Assembly: GCA_032718475.1 (NCBI GenBank)
Contig: JAUCBJ010006708.1
Coordinates: 24,182-88,181, forward strand
DNA: 64,000 nucleotides
Direction of reading: 5' to 3'
Source of the DNA: Nemertoderma westbladi
Taxonomy: Eukaryota > Animalia > Xenacoelomorpha
The notes below the pieces were generated by a model. That model saw nothing but the letters and a program-made list of their open reading frames with translations. It was not told where the DNA came from and did not search any database. The position numbers and the translations under genes were made by a program. Below, one piece after another: positions 1 to 12,165 of the stretch (the stretch's first letter is position 1; the number at the start of each line of letters is the position of its first letter).

Positions 1-1
1 T

Positions 2-3000
2 TACGTTCCCAAACCCGGTAAACCCCACGAAGTACGAGTCGTATTCGATGGCTCCGCCCTATATATGGGCCAATCCCTTAATTCCGAGTTGTTACCAGGA
101 CCCAACTTACTCCAATCTTTGTTGGGAATACTTTTAAGATTAAGACAATATTCCATCGCGTTCGCCTCCGATATAGAAGGAATGTTCTTACAAGTCAAGG
201 CGCTGGATAGAGATAGAGACAGCCTGAGATTTCTGTGGTGGCCTGAAGGAGACCTCAATCAGAAACCGGTAGAGTACTGGATGACCATCCAGGCTTTTGG
301 AATCATATCAAGCCCTTCCAACGCCTGCTCCGTGGTGCGAACCACTGCGAATGACAACCGAGACTCCTTCTCAAAAGAGGTGATAGACAACATCAAACGG
401 AATATATACATGGACGACAATTTAAGGTCCCTTCCATCAGTAGAAGAAGCCATAGATGTCGCGAAAGGAACGGTAGAGTGTTTGAAAAGAGGTGGATTTC
501 GACTGACGAAATTCACCAGCAACTCCCGTAAGTTTCTGGAAGCGATACCGGTAGAAGACCGAGGAACGAAAGACCTAGACTTAATAAAGGACGATCTTCC
601 TGAAACCAAGACGCTTGGCTTGAAGTGGGACACTGAAAGAGACATCCTGTTTTTTCAGTTAAAACAGCGAGATAATCCAGTTCGGACCAAACGGATTTGT
701 TTAAGTATCCTGAGCACTTATTTCGACCCATTGGGATTTATTAGCCCAGTTATATTGATTGCTCGGAGTTTAGTACAACAAATGTGGCTTGAAAACCACT
801 CATGGGACGATCCGCTTAAGGGAGAACTGTTAAAGAAATGGATGAAATGGGAAGATTCTCTACCTGCCATCGAGAACTTTATAATTTCCCGTGCATATTT
901 TGGCCATGTTCTTCCTACGTATTCCTATCAACTCCATGTGTTTGGAGACGCCAGCGACATGGGAATAGGTATAGTGGCATATCTGCGAGTCGAAACTCCG
1001 GATGGAATCAAAGTCGCCTTGGTTACCTCTAAGGCATTGATTAACAACAAGTTAAAGGTTCCTCGAGCGGAGTTAAAGGCGGCTTTATACGCTACAGCCA
1101 TCGGCCGGAACGTAACAGAACAGATCGACTATCCACTGGAGAAAACGGTTTATTGGACCGACGCTTTACTCGTGTTGGAGTATCTAACCAATGAAGTCTG
1201 TCAGTTCAGCGTTTTTGTTACTAACAGGGTAGCTATTATTCTTAGTCGCACAAAGATAGATCAATGGAGACATTGCCCTGGTACGATTAATCCAGCTGAT
1301 ATCGCCTCCAGGGGAGTAACTCCACAGGAACTGATAGATACTCCAGACTGGTTGGGTGGACCCGACTTCCTGAGCAAGGAAGAGGATGAATGGCCTCCTC
1401 ACCTTACTACGGCGGAGATTAGACAAGCCAAGGGAGCGGAGACAGTCAAACCTAAAACCCGGGCGAGTAAATCGAAGTTATTTAAACCGACTATCGATCT
1501 ATCTGTATTACATACTTCCGGGAATGATGCTTCGGATCCACAATCCCTCAACACAAATAAGGCTGTTGTGGAAATTAGAGATAGAGACTGGAAATCTGGA
1601 ATACCAGACATCTCGCAAGGAATCTCACCCCTGCTGCAGAGAGCAATGCATCACTACAGTTCCTGGAATCGGCTCTGTAAAGCCGTCACATATTTAAGGA
1701 GATGTTTTCATCATCACTACTCCAGGACGAAGACCATTAGTGATACCGCTCCATTGACATCTGCGCAAGTTCATGTTATTAAAAATTTACCCAAATATAA
1801 AACATCCGACCGGTTTCTAAAGGAGAAAATTAGTTACCAGGAGCATGAAGAAACCAATAAGCAGATACTGAGACTCCTGCAATGCTATGAGGATTCCGAT
1901 AAGTATTTCCTGTTGTTGAGAAATCCGCAGATGCACTTAAGGGATCGATTCTCTAGCACAATGATAGATGGGTTAATACGTGTTGGAGGAAGGCTCACCA
2001 ATGCGCCATTATCCTTTGACACTAAATTCCCCATACTCATTAGAAATCTTGAAGTACAAATCAAGATGATTGTAGATGTTCACAGTAAACTTTATCATGC
2101 GGGTAGAGAACGAGTTCTTAGCGAAATTCGAACTCGCTATTATTTTGATAAACCCCGTAGAGCTCTGAACCAAGTTCTTAGGAACTGCATACCCTGTAGG
2201 AAAGCATTCAGTAGGCCTTTAACACAGCGAGAGGCAGAATTACCTAGGGAACGAGTAAGCTTCTATGAACCACCTTTTACTAATACTGGTGTAGATTTAT
2301 TTGGCCCTATTGAAGTATATCGTGCTAGGACTATAGTCAAGAGATGGTGTGTCATCTTCGTGTGCATGACTTGTAGAGCCATCCATCTCGATATGGTGAA
2401 CGATCTATCTACCAACAGCTTTGTCTTAAGTCTACGACGACAGATCGCTCGCTTCGGGACGAGTAATACCATGAGATCGGATAAGGGAATGAACTTCATT
2501 GGTGCCAACAACGAAATACAGGCTTACGTGAAGGACTGGAACCAAAGACAGGTGGACGACCAGCTAAGGATAACAGCGTCTAGCTGGACCTTCAACGCCG
2601 CCGACGCCCCTTGGTGGGGAGGAAGTTGGGAGAGATTAATTCGAAGTGTCAAAACTGCATTTCACTTTATAGTGCCATGCCGCGCGTATCTCACCGACGA
2701 ACTTTTGCGGACGTTAATGGAGGAAATAGCTGCCTATCTCAACGAAAGACCGCTTATGCCAGTCTCATCGAGTCCCGATTCCCTGGAAGCGCTAACACCT
2801 GCGCACTTCCTACTGAAGAAACCTGTAGCCATGCTCCCACGATCGGAGATTGCCGATGGAGACGAATACTGCCGTCGAACTTGGCAACTTATGCAGTTGC
2901 TATCCCATCGTTTCGCTGACCATTTCGAGAAACATTATCTGCCCACGCTACAACTTCGAACTAAGTGGTTTGCGCAGCAAGAAAACGTCAGCGCCGGAGA

Positions 3001-3292
3001 TATGGTGCTTATTGTAGATCCAGACCTCCCACGTAAACGGTGGCAGACAGGTCGTATCATCGAGACCCACATCTCGGATGATGGTTTAGTACGCTCAGTA
3101 GAACTCATTGTCATGCGGCGTAACTTCAAGAAGCCAGGCATAATCTTTGAGACGCAACAACTCAATCGCCCAGTTGGTCGTTTATGTTTACTGGAAAGAG
3201 ACAGAGAACTCTCTGGAAACTATGGAAGGCAAGACACTCTTCCCACGACCACCTCCCTAATTCCTCAAACATCTAGGGACTCCCCAACATGA
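2..3292 (+). CDS. pol: BEL/Pao LTR retrotransposon pol (RT, RNase H, integrase, DUF5641-like C-terminus), 5'-truncated by the window edge
   Basis: Frame is open from base 2 (YVPKPGKPHEVRVVFDGS..SLNSELLPGPNL). RT motifs: DIEGMFLQV, FGIISSP, YMDD (407-418). Pao RNase H: LHVFGDAS, RAELKAA, WTD, NPADIASRG. Integrase: zinc finger H..H..CIPC and DDE core (GVDLFGP, SDKGMNF, GGSWERLI). No stops or frameshifts. Confidence 0.96.
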   Translation, partial: YVPKPGKPHEVRVVFDGSALYMGQSLNSELLPGPNLLQSLLGILLRLRQYSIAFASDIEGMFLQVKALDRDRDSLRFLWWPEGDLNQKPVEYWMTIQAFGIISSPSNACSVVRTTANDNRDSFSKEVIDNIKRNIYMDDNLRSLPSVEEAIDVAKGTVECLKRGGFRLTKFTSNSRKFLEAIPVEDRGTKDLDLIKDDLPETKTLGLKWDTERDILFFQLKQRDNPVRTKRICLSILSTYFDPLGFISPVILIARSLVQQMWLENHSWDDPLKGELLKKWMKWEDSLPAIENFIISRAYFGHVLPTYSYQLHVFGDASDMGIGIVAYLRVETPDGIKVALVTSKALINNKLKVPRAELKAALYATAIGRNVTEQIDYPLEKTVYWTDALLVLEYLTNEVCQFSVFVTNRVAIILSRTKIDQWRHCPGTINPADIASRGVTPQELIDTPDWLGGPDFLSKEEDEWPPHLTTAEIRQAKGAETVKPKTRASKSKLFKPTIDLSVLHTSGNDASDPQSLNTNKAVVEIRDRDWKSGIPDISQGISPLLQRAMHHYSSWNRLCKAVTYLRRCFHHHYSRTKTISDTAPLTSAQVHVIKNLPKYKTSDRFLKEKISYQEHEETNKQILRLLQCYEDSDKYFLLLRNPQMHLRDRFSSTMIDGLIRVGGRLTNAPLSFDTKFPILIRNLEVQIKMIVDVHSKLYHAGRERVLSEIRTRYYFDKPRRALNQVLRNCIPCRKAFSRPLTQREAELPRERVSFYEPPFTNTGVDLFGPIEVYRARTIVKRWCVIFVCMTCRAIHLDMVNDLSTNSFVLSLRRQIARFGTSNTMRSDKGMNFIGANNEIQAYVKDWNQRQVDDQLRITASSWTFNAADAPWWGGSWERLIRSVKTAFHFIVPCRAYLTDELLRTLMEEIAAYLNERPLMPVSSSPDSLEALTPAHFLLKKPVAMLPRSEIADGDEYCRRTWQLMQLLSHRFADHFEKHYLPTLQLRTKWFAQQENVSAGDMVLIVDPDLPRKRWQTGRIIETHISDDGLVRSVELIVMRRNFKKPGIIFETQQLNRPVGRLCLLERDRELSGNYGRQDTLPTTTSLIPQTSRDSPT

Positions 3293-3832
3293 TACGTCTG
3301 GAGTGACTATATTATTTTATCTATTTTATTATATTTTTATATGCGAACTTTATTATGTACTTTATTATAATCGTTTTTATTCAATTTTATTTAGTAGAAT
3401 GTTATTTTAGTGATTATTTAGTAGATTAGTGCAATATATTAGTGTTTATTACGTACGTAATTACTTATAATATATATTTAGTGCGACGGCGAGAAAATAA
3501 TTATTTTTCTCTTTCCTTACTGTCCGTATCATATTATAAATACGTGACTACAGTAAGATGAAATGTCCGTACTTCTTAAAGTACAATAAAGCCACTACTA
3601 TATTCAAGTATTATTGGTAGGCAGAGTATTAGGAATGCAAAATTCAGATCCTCGTGTCTCGGCTAAACCAAGCTCTGGGTAGACCTTGGAAACGACTTGC
3701 CTCTTCACACTGACATTGCTTCGTGCGATATTGCTCTTCTACCTTATATTAAATAATACATATAGTAGTGTGATGTCCCTCTAACAGTAGCGTAAAACGC
3801 AAATCAATCTGTTAAACCTTTTGACCATCTGT

Positions 3833-4093
3833 AATTCTAGTCGATTAAGATATCGCGGCACCCACCGATATACTTGAAAGACAAATTCTAGAATCAGTGG
3901 TTAACGTCCCCAGACAAGTTCTGGAATAAATCAGTGCCCATCTTAAATATTAATTTAATATTTAGTAAAATCTGTAAAATTCAGATCCTTTAAATTCTAG
4001 TCGATTAAGATATCGTAGCACTTACCGATACTCTTAAAAGACAAATTTCATAGAATTAAGGATCCTATGTCCCCAGACATGCTCTGGAATAAA
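3833..4093 (+). repeat. Two degenerate ~100-bp direct repeats (period ~160 bp) in the retroelement 3' region
   Basis: ATTCTAGTCGATTAAGATATCG..ACCGATA..AAAGACAAATT..GTCCCCAGACA..CTGGAATAAA occurs at ~3834 and ~3994. Confidence 0.85.
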
Positions 4094-4910
4094 AATTGTG
4101 TCAATTTTAACATCAAATAATAAAATTCATGGGAATAAATTTAAATTCATATTTAAATGAATTTTATAAATTGTCGTTTTGTGCAATTTATAACATTCCC
4201 AAAAATTCCATTAATTAATAGATCATGGGAGCGGAGATTCATCCTATTGAGTGTATTAGAGTGCGAGAATCTCCAACATATAGTCAATAGCCGATAAAAT
4301 TAATAAAATCATGCATAAAGAGGATATTGACAATTAAAGAATTATTATTAAATAGCATCCCAGATCTGTATGCATGAGAATTACCCTAATTCTACCGCTA
4401 GCATTCCATAATGTCACCATAGCAACACCCACGCTAGAATTAGAAGCAAGTTAAAAGAACAATAGAAAGCTTGTCCCATTGCCTAGCATAGAGAATACAT
4501 AGCACACTGTTAGTATCCAAGGATACACAGTAATAACGTGACATTCTGGAAGGCACTGACTAACGGACAAATGGCCTGTATGTGTGCAATTGGTGACAGT
4601 TGTGTGGAATTTGTGCGTTTATAGGTGAATGTTACTGCTAAAGTATGTTTACAGTAGCTAGTCGCAATTGTAAAAGTAGCCCAACTCTCCTATAGAAAGA
4701 ACCTAAGTGGATCCAAGACTTTAGGACGGACAGTGGAGTGACTTGTGCCGGTTATCGTTGTCGTGCTGTTGCTACATGTTGGCGTAAACACCGCGACGAC
4801 GGTACATCGGCGCTGAGAATCCCACTGTCCGGGGGCAAAGAGAAGTAGGCAGCGACGCCCGCTCGCCTAAATATAAACTCATTTGATATTAATAAACTCA
4901 GATAGCAGAT

Positions 4911-5585
4911 ATGACGGAGTTGATAGAAGATGATCTTGGTATTAGGGAGCGATATACTCTACCTTTGCAAGCATTTGTGGATAGCTTAATACGCGGTGAA
5001 GCCGATCCAACCATTACGGAGGACGATGGTCGTTATATCGAACCGCCGATGTCCCAAGAGCAACTTGCGCGTGAATTGGACTATCGAAAATCCACCGCTC
5101 GCTATACGCATCGTAATAGTACGTATATGGACTTCCTAACTACCGGCCATTCTATCGATTTACATGATACGGACGATGTAGACACCGAAAGGGAAATGGT
5201 TCTATTTAAATATCATACCCAGCGGAGTCGTAACGATAAACCGAGAATAGATCACGAAAATTCTACTCGTAACAGACTGGGAAGACGAACCAATATGCCT
5301 AGAATCTGAGGAGATTCAGCCTATCGCACCCGGAACAGCGACAACGATTACATCCTAGAATGGTATCAAGGTCCACAGTGTCTCACTGCGTACGATTATC
5401 GACATGCCAACTATGTTTCTAGGCAACGTTGTCGGTTATGCGCATCGAGAGACCATGATACGCCCATGGACACCAACGTCCGCTGTTCCTATTTCCAAGA
5501 ACAACCGACTATGGAAATTTATTGCGCATATTGCAGACTCAATAACTTGCATATTTTTGCGGTTTGCCCTCAATTTATGATTTGA
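4911..5585 (+). pseudogene. Accessory ORF downstream of pol, 224 codons with one in-frame TGA (5307-5309); C-terminal pair of CCHC-type motifs
   Basis: Translating past the TGA gives 91 more sense codons containing CRLCASRDHDTPMDTNVRC and CAYCRLNNLHIFAVCP, ending at TGA 5583-5585. TATAAA at 4872. Confidence 0.6.
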
Positions 5586-5850
5586 TGTCAATCAACCCGG
5601 TACTTCGACTGGCGGATACACCGACCATAATCCTACACCCTCTGATGCAATCATATTGCACCCTTCACCCAGGAGTTATAGCCCTCCTTGTAAAGTGGCT
5701 CGCCCCAAAGAGAAAAAGACTCTGGCTAGCTTTAAAAAACTGCGTAAACGCCGTCCGCGCAAGAAAGACTAACTGTTTAGAGTATTTACATATATTAGAA
5801 ACTGTGATTTTTGTACATTTATAAACTTGAATCCCATTTTCTGGGAGCGG

Positions 5851-7023
5851 TGTAAAAGCTTTTGCGGATATACTCAGTCCCCCTCGCCCGCAAGGTACCG
5901 TTATAGGTGTTTTAACGGACATAAAAGTCATTCTTCTATATACGTGCTTTGGAGGACATGGTAAGGCAAAAAACCCGCAATGCACCAAATACCCTTGCAC
6001 AGCTTAGCCTTGATGATTCAGATTACGACATCTAACAGCTGGTTGCTGACATGGAAACGGCCATTGGACACATGGTTCTTTGTTTAGCTTAACAGCCAAT
6101 CAGAGCGATTTTTTCTGTCGATGTGGAGCTTTTTGGCAGATCATGCTAGGAGTGTTGAGTCTTACGCTTTTTCTTGATACTGTTGTGTTGTTTCTATCTA
6201 GGCCAGGAACACCGGCTCTAGAGTCAACTCGTTTTCATACTTTAGAAGAAACATTAGTAGGCTTAAATTATAGAGCGTATAACTGTTATCTTATCTTATC
6301 TCACTTCAGTCTTACATTATCGGTTCAACATACATTATTATACTGCTATTTACTGTTGTCATATTTTGTATCAGTTGGTTGAATATTATTTGGAGAACAT
6401 TTATAAAGAACCCAAATTTCCCAATTTTCTTGATACACATTTTCTCTTAGAGAGACGGGTTATATATAGCGATTGCGACTTATATTATTGTGGTTTGTAG
6501 TGAATTTAATGCTATTTGATAAGCACTACATGAGTCCGTTGCTGTTCTCTTTATATATGATAAAATTCATTGACGGTCGGCAAATTAGTGAGCAGTATTG
6601 TGTGTTACCGGTAGTGTGCCTGATTGTGACTGATAACTAAGCATTTCCTAAAGAATGCGCCTCATACGTGAATCATAAGCCTTACCGACTTACCGTTGTG
6701 ATTAGTATAAGTCACATCTCTGTTTACCTAGATAGAGCGCCACGTCCTAAAGGAACTGTTAATATTTCCCGAAAGTGAATAATATTGGTCAGAAATTATT
6801 TATTAACGATCAATCGAATAATACAGTAAGCTTACACTGCAATAATAATCTAAGCCCTCAGAATCCAGTCTCCCGGGTATATCCAGCGGGTGAATGGACG
6901 CGCACTAGGCTGGCTTCTGCTAATGTTGTGTTTATTGGTATTAAATATTTGTCAACTTCTAAAGTCTATTTATAAACCAAAAGACATATAAATTTTGGCA
7001 GGTTAAACTGCTAAAGGTCTTCA
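5851..7023 (+). repeat. Putative 3' LTR (end unresolved)
   Basis: Starts TGT right after a PPT-like tract; no partner LTR in the window. Confidence 0.35.
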
Positions 7024-7789
7024 AAAGCGCGTACAACCTCGGTGTCGCTCGGTAAATGAAATGCCTCGAGAATAGTGAAAAAAAGTTCTACTTTTTCTCC
7101 CATGTAATAAATAATTATTATTTGTTGTATACAAGTCACTTTTTTAGTCAAAGTCGTTTATCAAGTTTGACATAAAAATAGCACTTTTTCTGCCAACACA
7201 AAAAGTAATGTTTCCATGACATTAATTATAATACTGCATTTAAATAGATTAAATAGATAATTTCTAATAATAGCGAGTTTTTGCTTATTTTATTATAAAT
7301 GTTCTAGAACAAGTGTTGGTTATCAATTTTGATAAATATTTTTGTTCTAGAACACATTTTTTTTTCTAGAACATTTTTAGGAAAAAAAATACCATACCAC
7401 TGTCAGAAGGTCAAATATTTGTTCTAGAATAAAAACCTCATGATAAAAGCCTATTTATATGAAAAAAAATAGGTCAAACTACGGGTACCCAAGGTGTTAT
7501 TGTAATGCCCGTATTTAACTATGGAAGAAACTTCGATGGACGATATTTATGCTGAAATAGGCCCAGATAAAAGTGAGAGAAGATTTACAACAAATAAAAC
7601 GATGTAAGTTGTGGAAAAAAGTAACATTTTTTGCCTTGTTTGGCTTTCTTATTTGTCTCGCTACGCTCGCCAAATAATATCGCTCAACAAATAAAGCATA
7701 CTTTTTTGCCACAACTTAAATGGTTATTTACTTTTTTTTGTTAACATTATTAGTTAGTTATGGTTGCGAGTATTTTATGGAGCTCTTTA

Positions 7790-8010
7790 ATTTTTTACTA
7801 GCTAGTGGGGCGAGCCACGAAAGTAAGCGAGCTTAGCATACAGGTACCACTAACTCAATCGGTGTGTCTGTCGTTCTGTTGAGTTCAATTTTAAACATTA
7901 ATAACTCCGCCAAATCTTAATGAAATCTATCCAAACTTGGTACACATGTTGTCTGGCAAAAGTTTAGAAATTTTCCAAGTTGAATTTGCATGTGGCCTTC
8001 GAGAAGCTAA
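7790..8010 (+). mobile_element. Possible Helentron/DINE-1-like non-autonomous element fragment
   Basis: T-run start, short GTCTGTC tract, then TAACTC...CCAAACTTGGTACACATGTT, an arrangement seen in HINE-like elements; recognised by eye only. Confidence 0.3.
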
Positions 8011-8144
8011 GTTAAGAGCAGTTAATTAATTAAATTAAAATTAATTAAGGGTAAAAACAGCATTTTCAAGGAAATTGCTGGAAATCTTTAAATGGAAATT
8101 AATTGTAATTATTATTATAAGATATAAATAATTATACTTAAAAG

Positions 8145-9514
8145 AAGGGACGGATACGATACGATACGTAAACGGATTTTCGTATTTCGTATCGCAGTAT
8201 TTTATTCGTATCGAATTTCGTATCGGATTATAAAAATTGTCTTCGTATCGTAAAATACGAAAAAATATTTTTCGTAGTTCGTATCGGATTTTCTTATCTT
8301 ATTATTTTGTAAATATTCATGTTTTTAACAGACAAACCAGAGATCACACCATTTATTTCTTTACATGTGAATAAATTAGGTTTCAGCTTATAGTTTTATT
8401 ACCCATGTCAATAAAATTGTAACAAATGAGGATCGTTAATCGTAGAAAAATGATAAAATATAATCGAATAATCTATCCACCGAATGTATATGTCAGTACT
8501 GTAACCTCCCATGTACACGACGATATCATGCACTGAACTGCAGCGACTGCCCTCCACTTTCCCGTCTCGCATCTCAATAACTAATAATTGTATTCAATTT
8601 ATTTTCTATTTATTTATGTACATAAATTTTACTGGTTTCCATTTACCCCGCCTGGGGGTGTATCGAATTAATATTAAAAATTACAGTTGAGCGAGGATAA
8701 CTCTAATCGCGCCTACTGCACAAGGCCTTGACGTCTTTCTAGTGAGAGAATAAAAAAATAATAAATTTATTTTGAAATAAAACATAGTTTTATTCTAGTA
8801 TTAGTTTGACTTGGAAATTGAAGTTTTGCATTTTTTTCAATATTGGTAATAATGCACAGTCATCATTCTATATATAACAGCAGTAGGTATATACGTAAAG
8901 CAGTACAGTATACATAAAGTGGCAGGGTAATATGGAAACGCCTACTATTGGGCCGTGTTGCATAACGTCCATATGGGATGTTGTAGCCAGTAGACACACT
9001 ATTGCTGTAGCAAGCATACTGGACTGGAACATTGAAATAAAATATATTTGCCTATTATATAGATATTTATATGATTTTCTAAGTGTAGAATACAAAATCC
9101 CAATATTTTATCAACTCTTAGATAAAATACGATAGGAAAAACATACGAAATTGTTTCGTATTTCGTATCGTATCGTAATTCCTCAAAATTTCAAGAGTAT
9201 TGTATCGTATCTTAAACATTGGTTTGTATCGTATCGTATCGTATCGTATCGTATCGTATCGTATCGTATCGTATCGTATCGTATCGTATCGTATTGTCGT
9301 ATCGTATCGTATCGTATCGTATCGTATCGTATCGTATCGTATCGTATCGTATCGTATCTGAAACATTGGTTTGTATCGTATCGTATCGTATCGTATCGTA
9401 TCGTATCGTATCGTATCGTATTGTATCGTATCGTATCGTATCGTATCGTATCGTATTGTCGTATCGTATCGTATCGTATCGTATCGTGTCGTATCGTATC
9501 GTATTCTGTCTCTG
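8145..9514. mobile_element. Non-autonomous hAT-type element with CGTAT subterminal repeats
   Basis: Exact 8-bp TSD CTTAAAAG at 8137-8144 and 9515-9522. Imperfect TIRs AAGGGACGGATACGATACG / CGTATCGTATTCTGTCTCTG. Confidence 0.85.
9225..9504. repeat. (CGTAT)n pentanucleotide microsatellite in two blocks
   Basis: Directly visible; each block is preceded by AAACATTGGTTTG. Confidence 0.98.
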
Positions 9515-9837
9515 CTTAAAAGTTATACAGCTGTAATCCCCGTACCCAATTTCATTATAGTTTTTAATTAGTTCAAGTGATTTGCTTTAAGAAATGTGTT
9601 TTTAATTGATCTAAACGTAATTAATTTATTAAAATGCCACGTCTCCAGCTATAGCTCCCTCCTTCGTTGGCATACTAACTATTGGCTATTAGTTGGAACC
9701 AGTCCAAATCTCATCACTATTAGGCAACGCGTAATTACATCTATAGGACATAGGCAAGGCCGGCACTACTAGTGTAAAGTGACTAATAAGCCAGCTTGCT
9801 TATTATTTATTTATCTAGCAAAATGATTCCCTGGAGT

Positions 9838-11585
9838 CAAGGATGTTTACGTTACGTTACATTACTGTATTACGTTACGTTACGGTTGAAAAACTGAACT
9901 TTTTACGTTACGATATTACATTGCGGAATAATTTCCAAATTACATTACGTTACTGTATTCCGAAAAAAATAATTGCGTATTACCGAAAATACCGTAACGT
10001 AATAACCGGTTCAGATTCCATAGGACCACAAAGAGATATTTAAAGTTTCATACTAATTTTGTTTGAAAATCGGAAAATTATAGTTTCAATGTTTTGAAAT
10101 TGCAAATTAACTTAACATAAAAATAACTTTAAATTGGTAGAACGGCTTGGCTTGTGTTGTAATAGGTTGTCATAATAAGACATACAGGTAGCGGTAGCCC
10201 TGTAGGTAGGTCTACCATACCGACCTACTGTTCTGTAAATCTATGATCTATACCATTACAGCATACTGCGTTGTTATAGGCTACAGCTGGTAGAGCAGAG
10301 ACTCGGTATAAATAGTTCAGTCAGTAGCCCTAGTTAGCTTAACATTAATTAAAACTTAATGTTTAATTAAAACTTATTTTAACTTTAAATTAATTATTAA
10401 TTAAAACTTCAACATAAATAACTGGAGAAGCCAGGAAGCTGGCTATAAGGATACCGTGTACAGACAAACAAAACCGGATAGTACTAGATCGTGACAACAG
10501 TCGAAAACAAGCGAAAACAAGCGAAAACAGTTGGAATTTAGAGAAAACAGTCGAAAACAGTTAGATCGTTTAAAAATAATCATCCATGCATCCAGGTGAA
10601 AATAGATATTGAAGTTAACTTGGTGTAATAATAGATTTAAAATTTAGTGGCATTTATAATGTCGCTAACTTAAGATGACGTACCCATGTACAATAACACT
10701 GCTCATATCAGCGAGTGTTGTAGTTACTGTGTCCGTACCGGTTGGGAAGAACCGTATTGAATTTATTATTATTGCAGAGATGCACTTTATTGATTGTTAT
10801 ACAGTAGTACTGTAGTAGTAGCTAGTACAGTAGGCCTAAGTTGGACTCCATGTCTGTAAGAACGATACTAGGTACGTAAAATACATAGCACATAGGCCTA
10901 TTTCATTTCCAGCAATAAATAATTGTGTTTGTTCTGATAATGGCGAAACCGCTGGAAGCGAAGATACCGGAACTTCGTACTTCCACATCTTCTTCTATCG
11001 GTGCCGGTACGGGTGCCGGTACAATTGACTCACTGAATACTCTACTCTGTAGGCTTACTGCCGCACTGGAGTAATCCATAATCAACGGGTAATCAGTGTT
11101 ATTGTACATGGGTTACGGGTAAAACGTCATCTTAAGTTAGCGACATTATAAATGCCACTAAATTTTAAATCTATTATTACACCTAGTTAACTTCAGTATC
11201 TATTTTCACCTGGATGCATGGATGATTATTTTTAAACGATCTAACTGTTTTCGTCTGTTTTCCCTACATTTCAACTGATTCCGCCTGTTTTCGATTGTTG
11301 TCACAATCTAGTACTATCCAACAAAACCTAAAAGCATTTAACTTTATATGGAATAGCTAGAACGTTCAAGTGAAAGTTTTTTGTTGAAAGATTTACTTTT
11401 TTGTCCAAAATGATTGCTTGGTAGATAAAACAAATATTACGCTATTACGTTACGGTTTATTAAATTAAAATTAAAATATACAGTAATATTACGTTACGGT
11501 ATTGAAAAAGCTATTACGTTACGGAAAAATATTGAGCTACGGTATTCCTGAAAAGATACCGTAACGTAACGTAATAACATCCTTG
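9838..11585. mobile_element. Non-autonomous hAT-type element with CGTTA/TAACG subterminal repeats
   Basis: Exact 8-bp TSD CCTGGAGT at 9830-9837 and 11586-11593. TIRs CAAGGATGTT.TACGTTACGTTAC / GTAACGTAACGTAATAACATCCTTG. Confidence 0.9.
10476..11319. mobile_element. Mutator-like (MULE) foldback element nested in the hAT element
   Basis: ~225-bp terminal inverted repeats (GGATAGTACTAGAT...ACCCATGTACAATAACACTG and its reverse complement). Exact 9-bp TSD AACAAAACC at 10467-10475 and 11320-11328. Confidence 0.9.
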
Positions 11586-12165
11586 CCTGGAGTCTTTAAT
11601 CATATTCTTTAGAATCATTAGCTAAATAATTTATTTGAGGTGTTGACCTTATAAATTAATATTTCAGTATCAATACTATCGGCATAAGGTAAGTTTTAAT
11701 AATTTTTACATATTTGGTTGCCTCCACACGTAAAAATATAATACTTTTAAAACACAAATTTCCTGTTAATACCTCTGCCTTTCATTAATCCTCTGTGCTC
11801 CTTTGGTTTGGGGTGCGTGGTGCAGATTAAGAGATTTATTCTTATTGGCAGTTTGATTAAATTTCTTATTTATTTATTTAAATTTCTTAAGTACCGATTT
11901 TGGGATAGAATTGCTCAATTTGAATCTGTATCTGATAACTTAGCCTCGTGCTGCGCGAAGGCCCCACGAACGTGTAATAATCCGTATTTAAAATGTTTAG
12001 AGCTAATCTGTTTAATGTTGTGTTTGTATAGGTGTTGTTGGTTGGTTAAGGAGCCTTTATTGTTTCTCGGCGTGTTAATTTGCATAAAATATTTTCCTGG
12101 AATAATGCGACAGTATTTGCAAATTAAATAAAGTCTCATAAATATAAAATTAAGTAGCTAACTTA

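Larger units (their letters stand above)
1..7023 (+). mobile_element. BEL/Pao LTR retrotransposon, 3' portion (pol, ~2.5-kb 3' region, putative 3' LTR); right boundary approximate
   Basis: pol ORF; purine-rich GGGAGCGG (5843-5850) immediately followed by TGT at 5851. The 5' LTR lies outside the window, so the end cannot be fixed. Confidence 0.7.

Noticed and set aside
5564-6975. Short ORFs at 5564, 5665, 6080 and 6775 as env or genes
   Set aside because: No recognisable motifs; mostly non-ATG starts; they overlap the putative LTR.
9118-9571. YRIVS / RYDTI ORFs
   Set aside because: Translation of the (CGTAT)n microsatellite.
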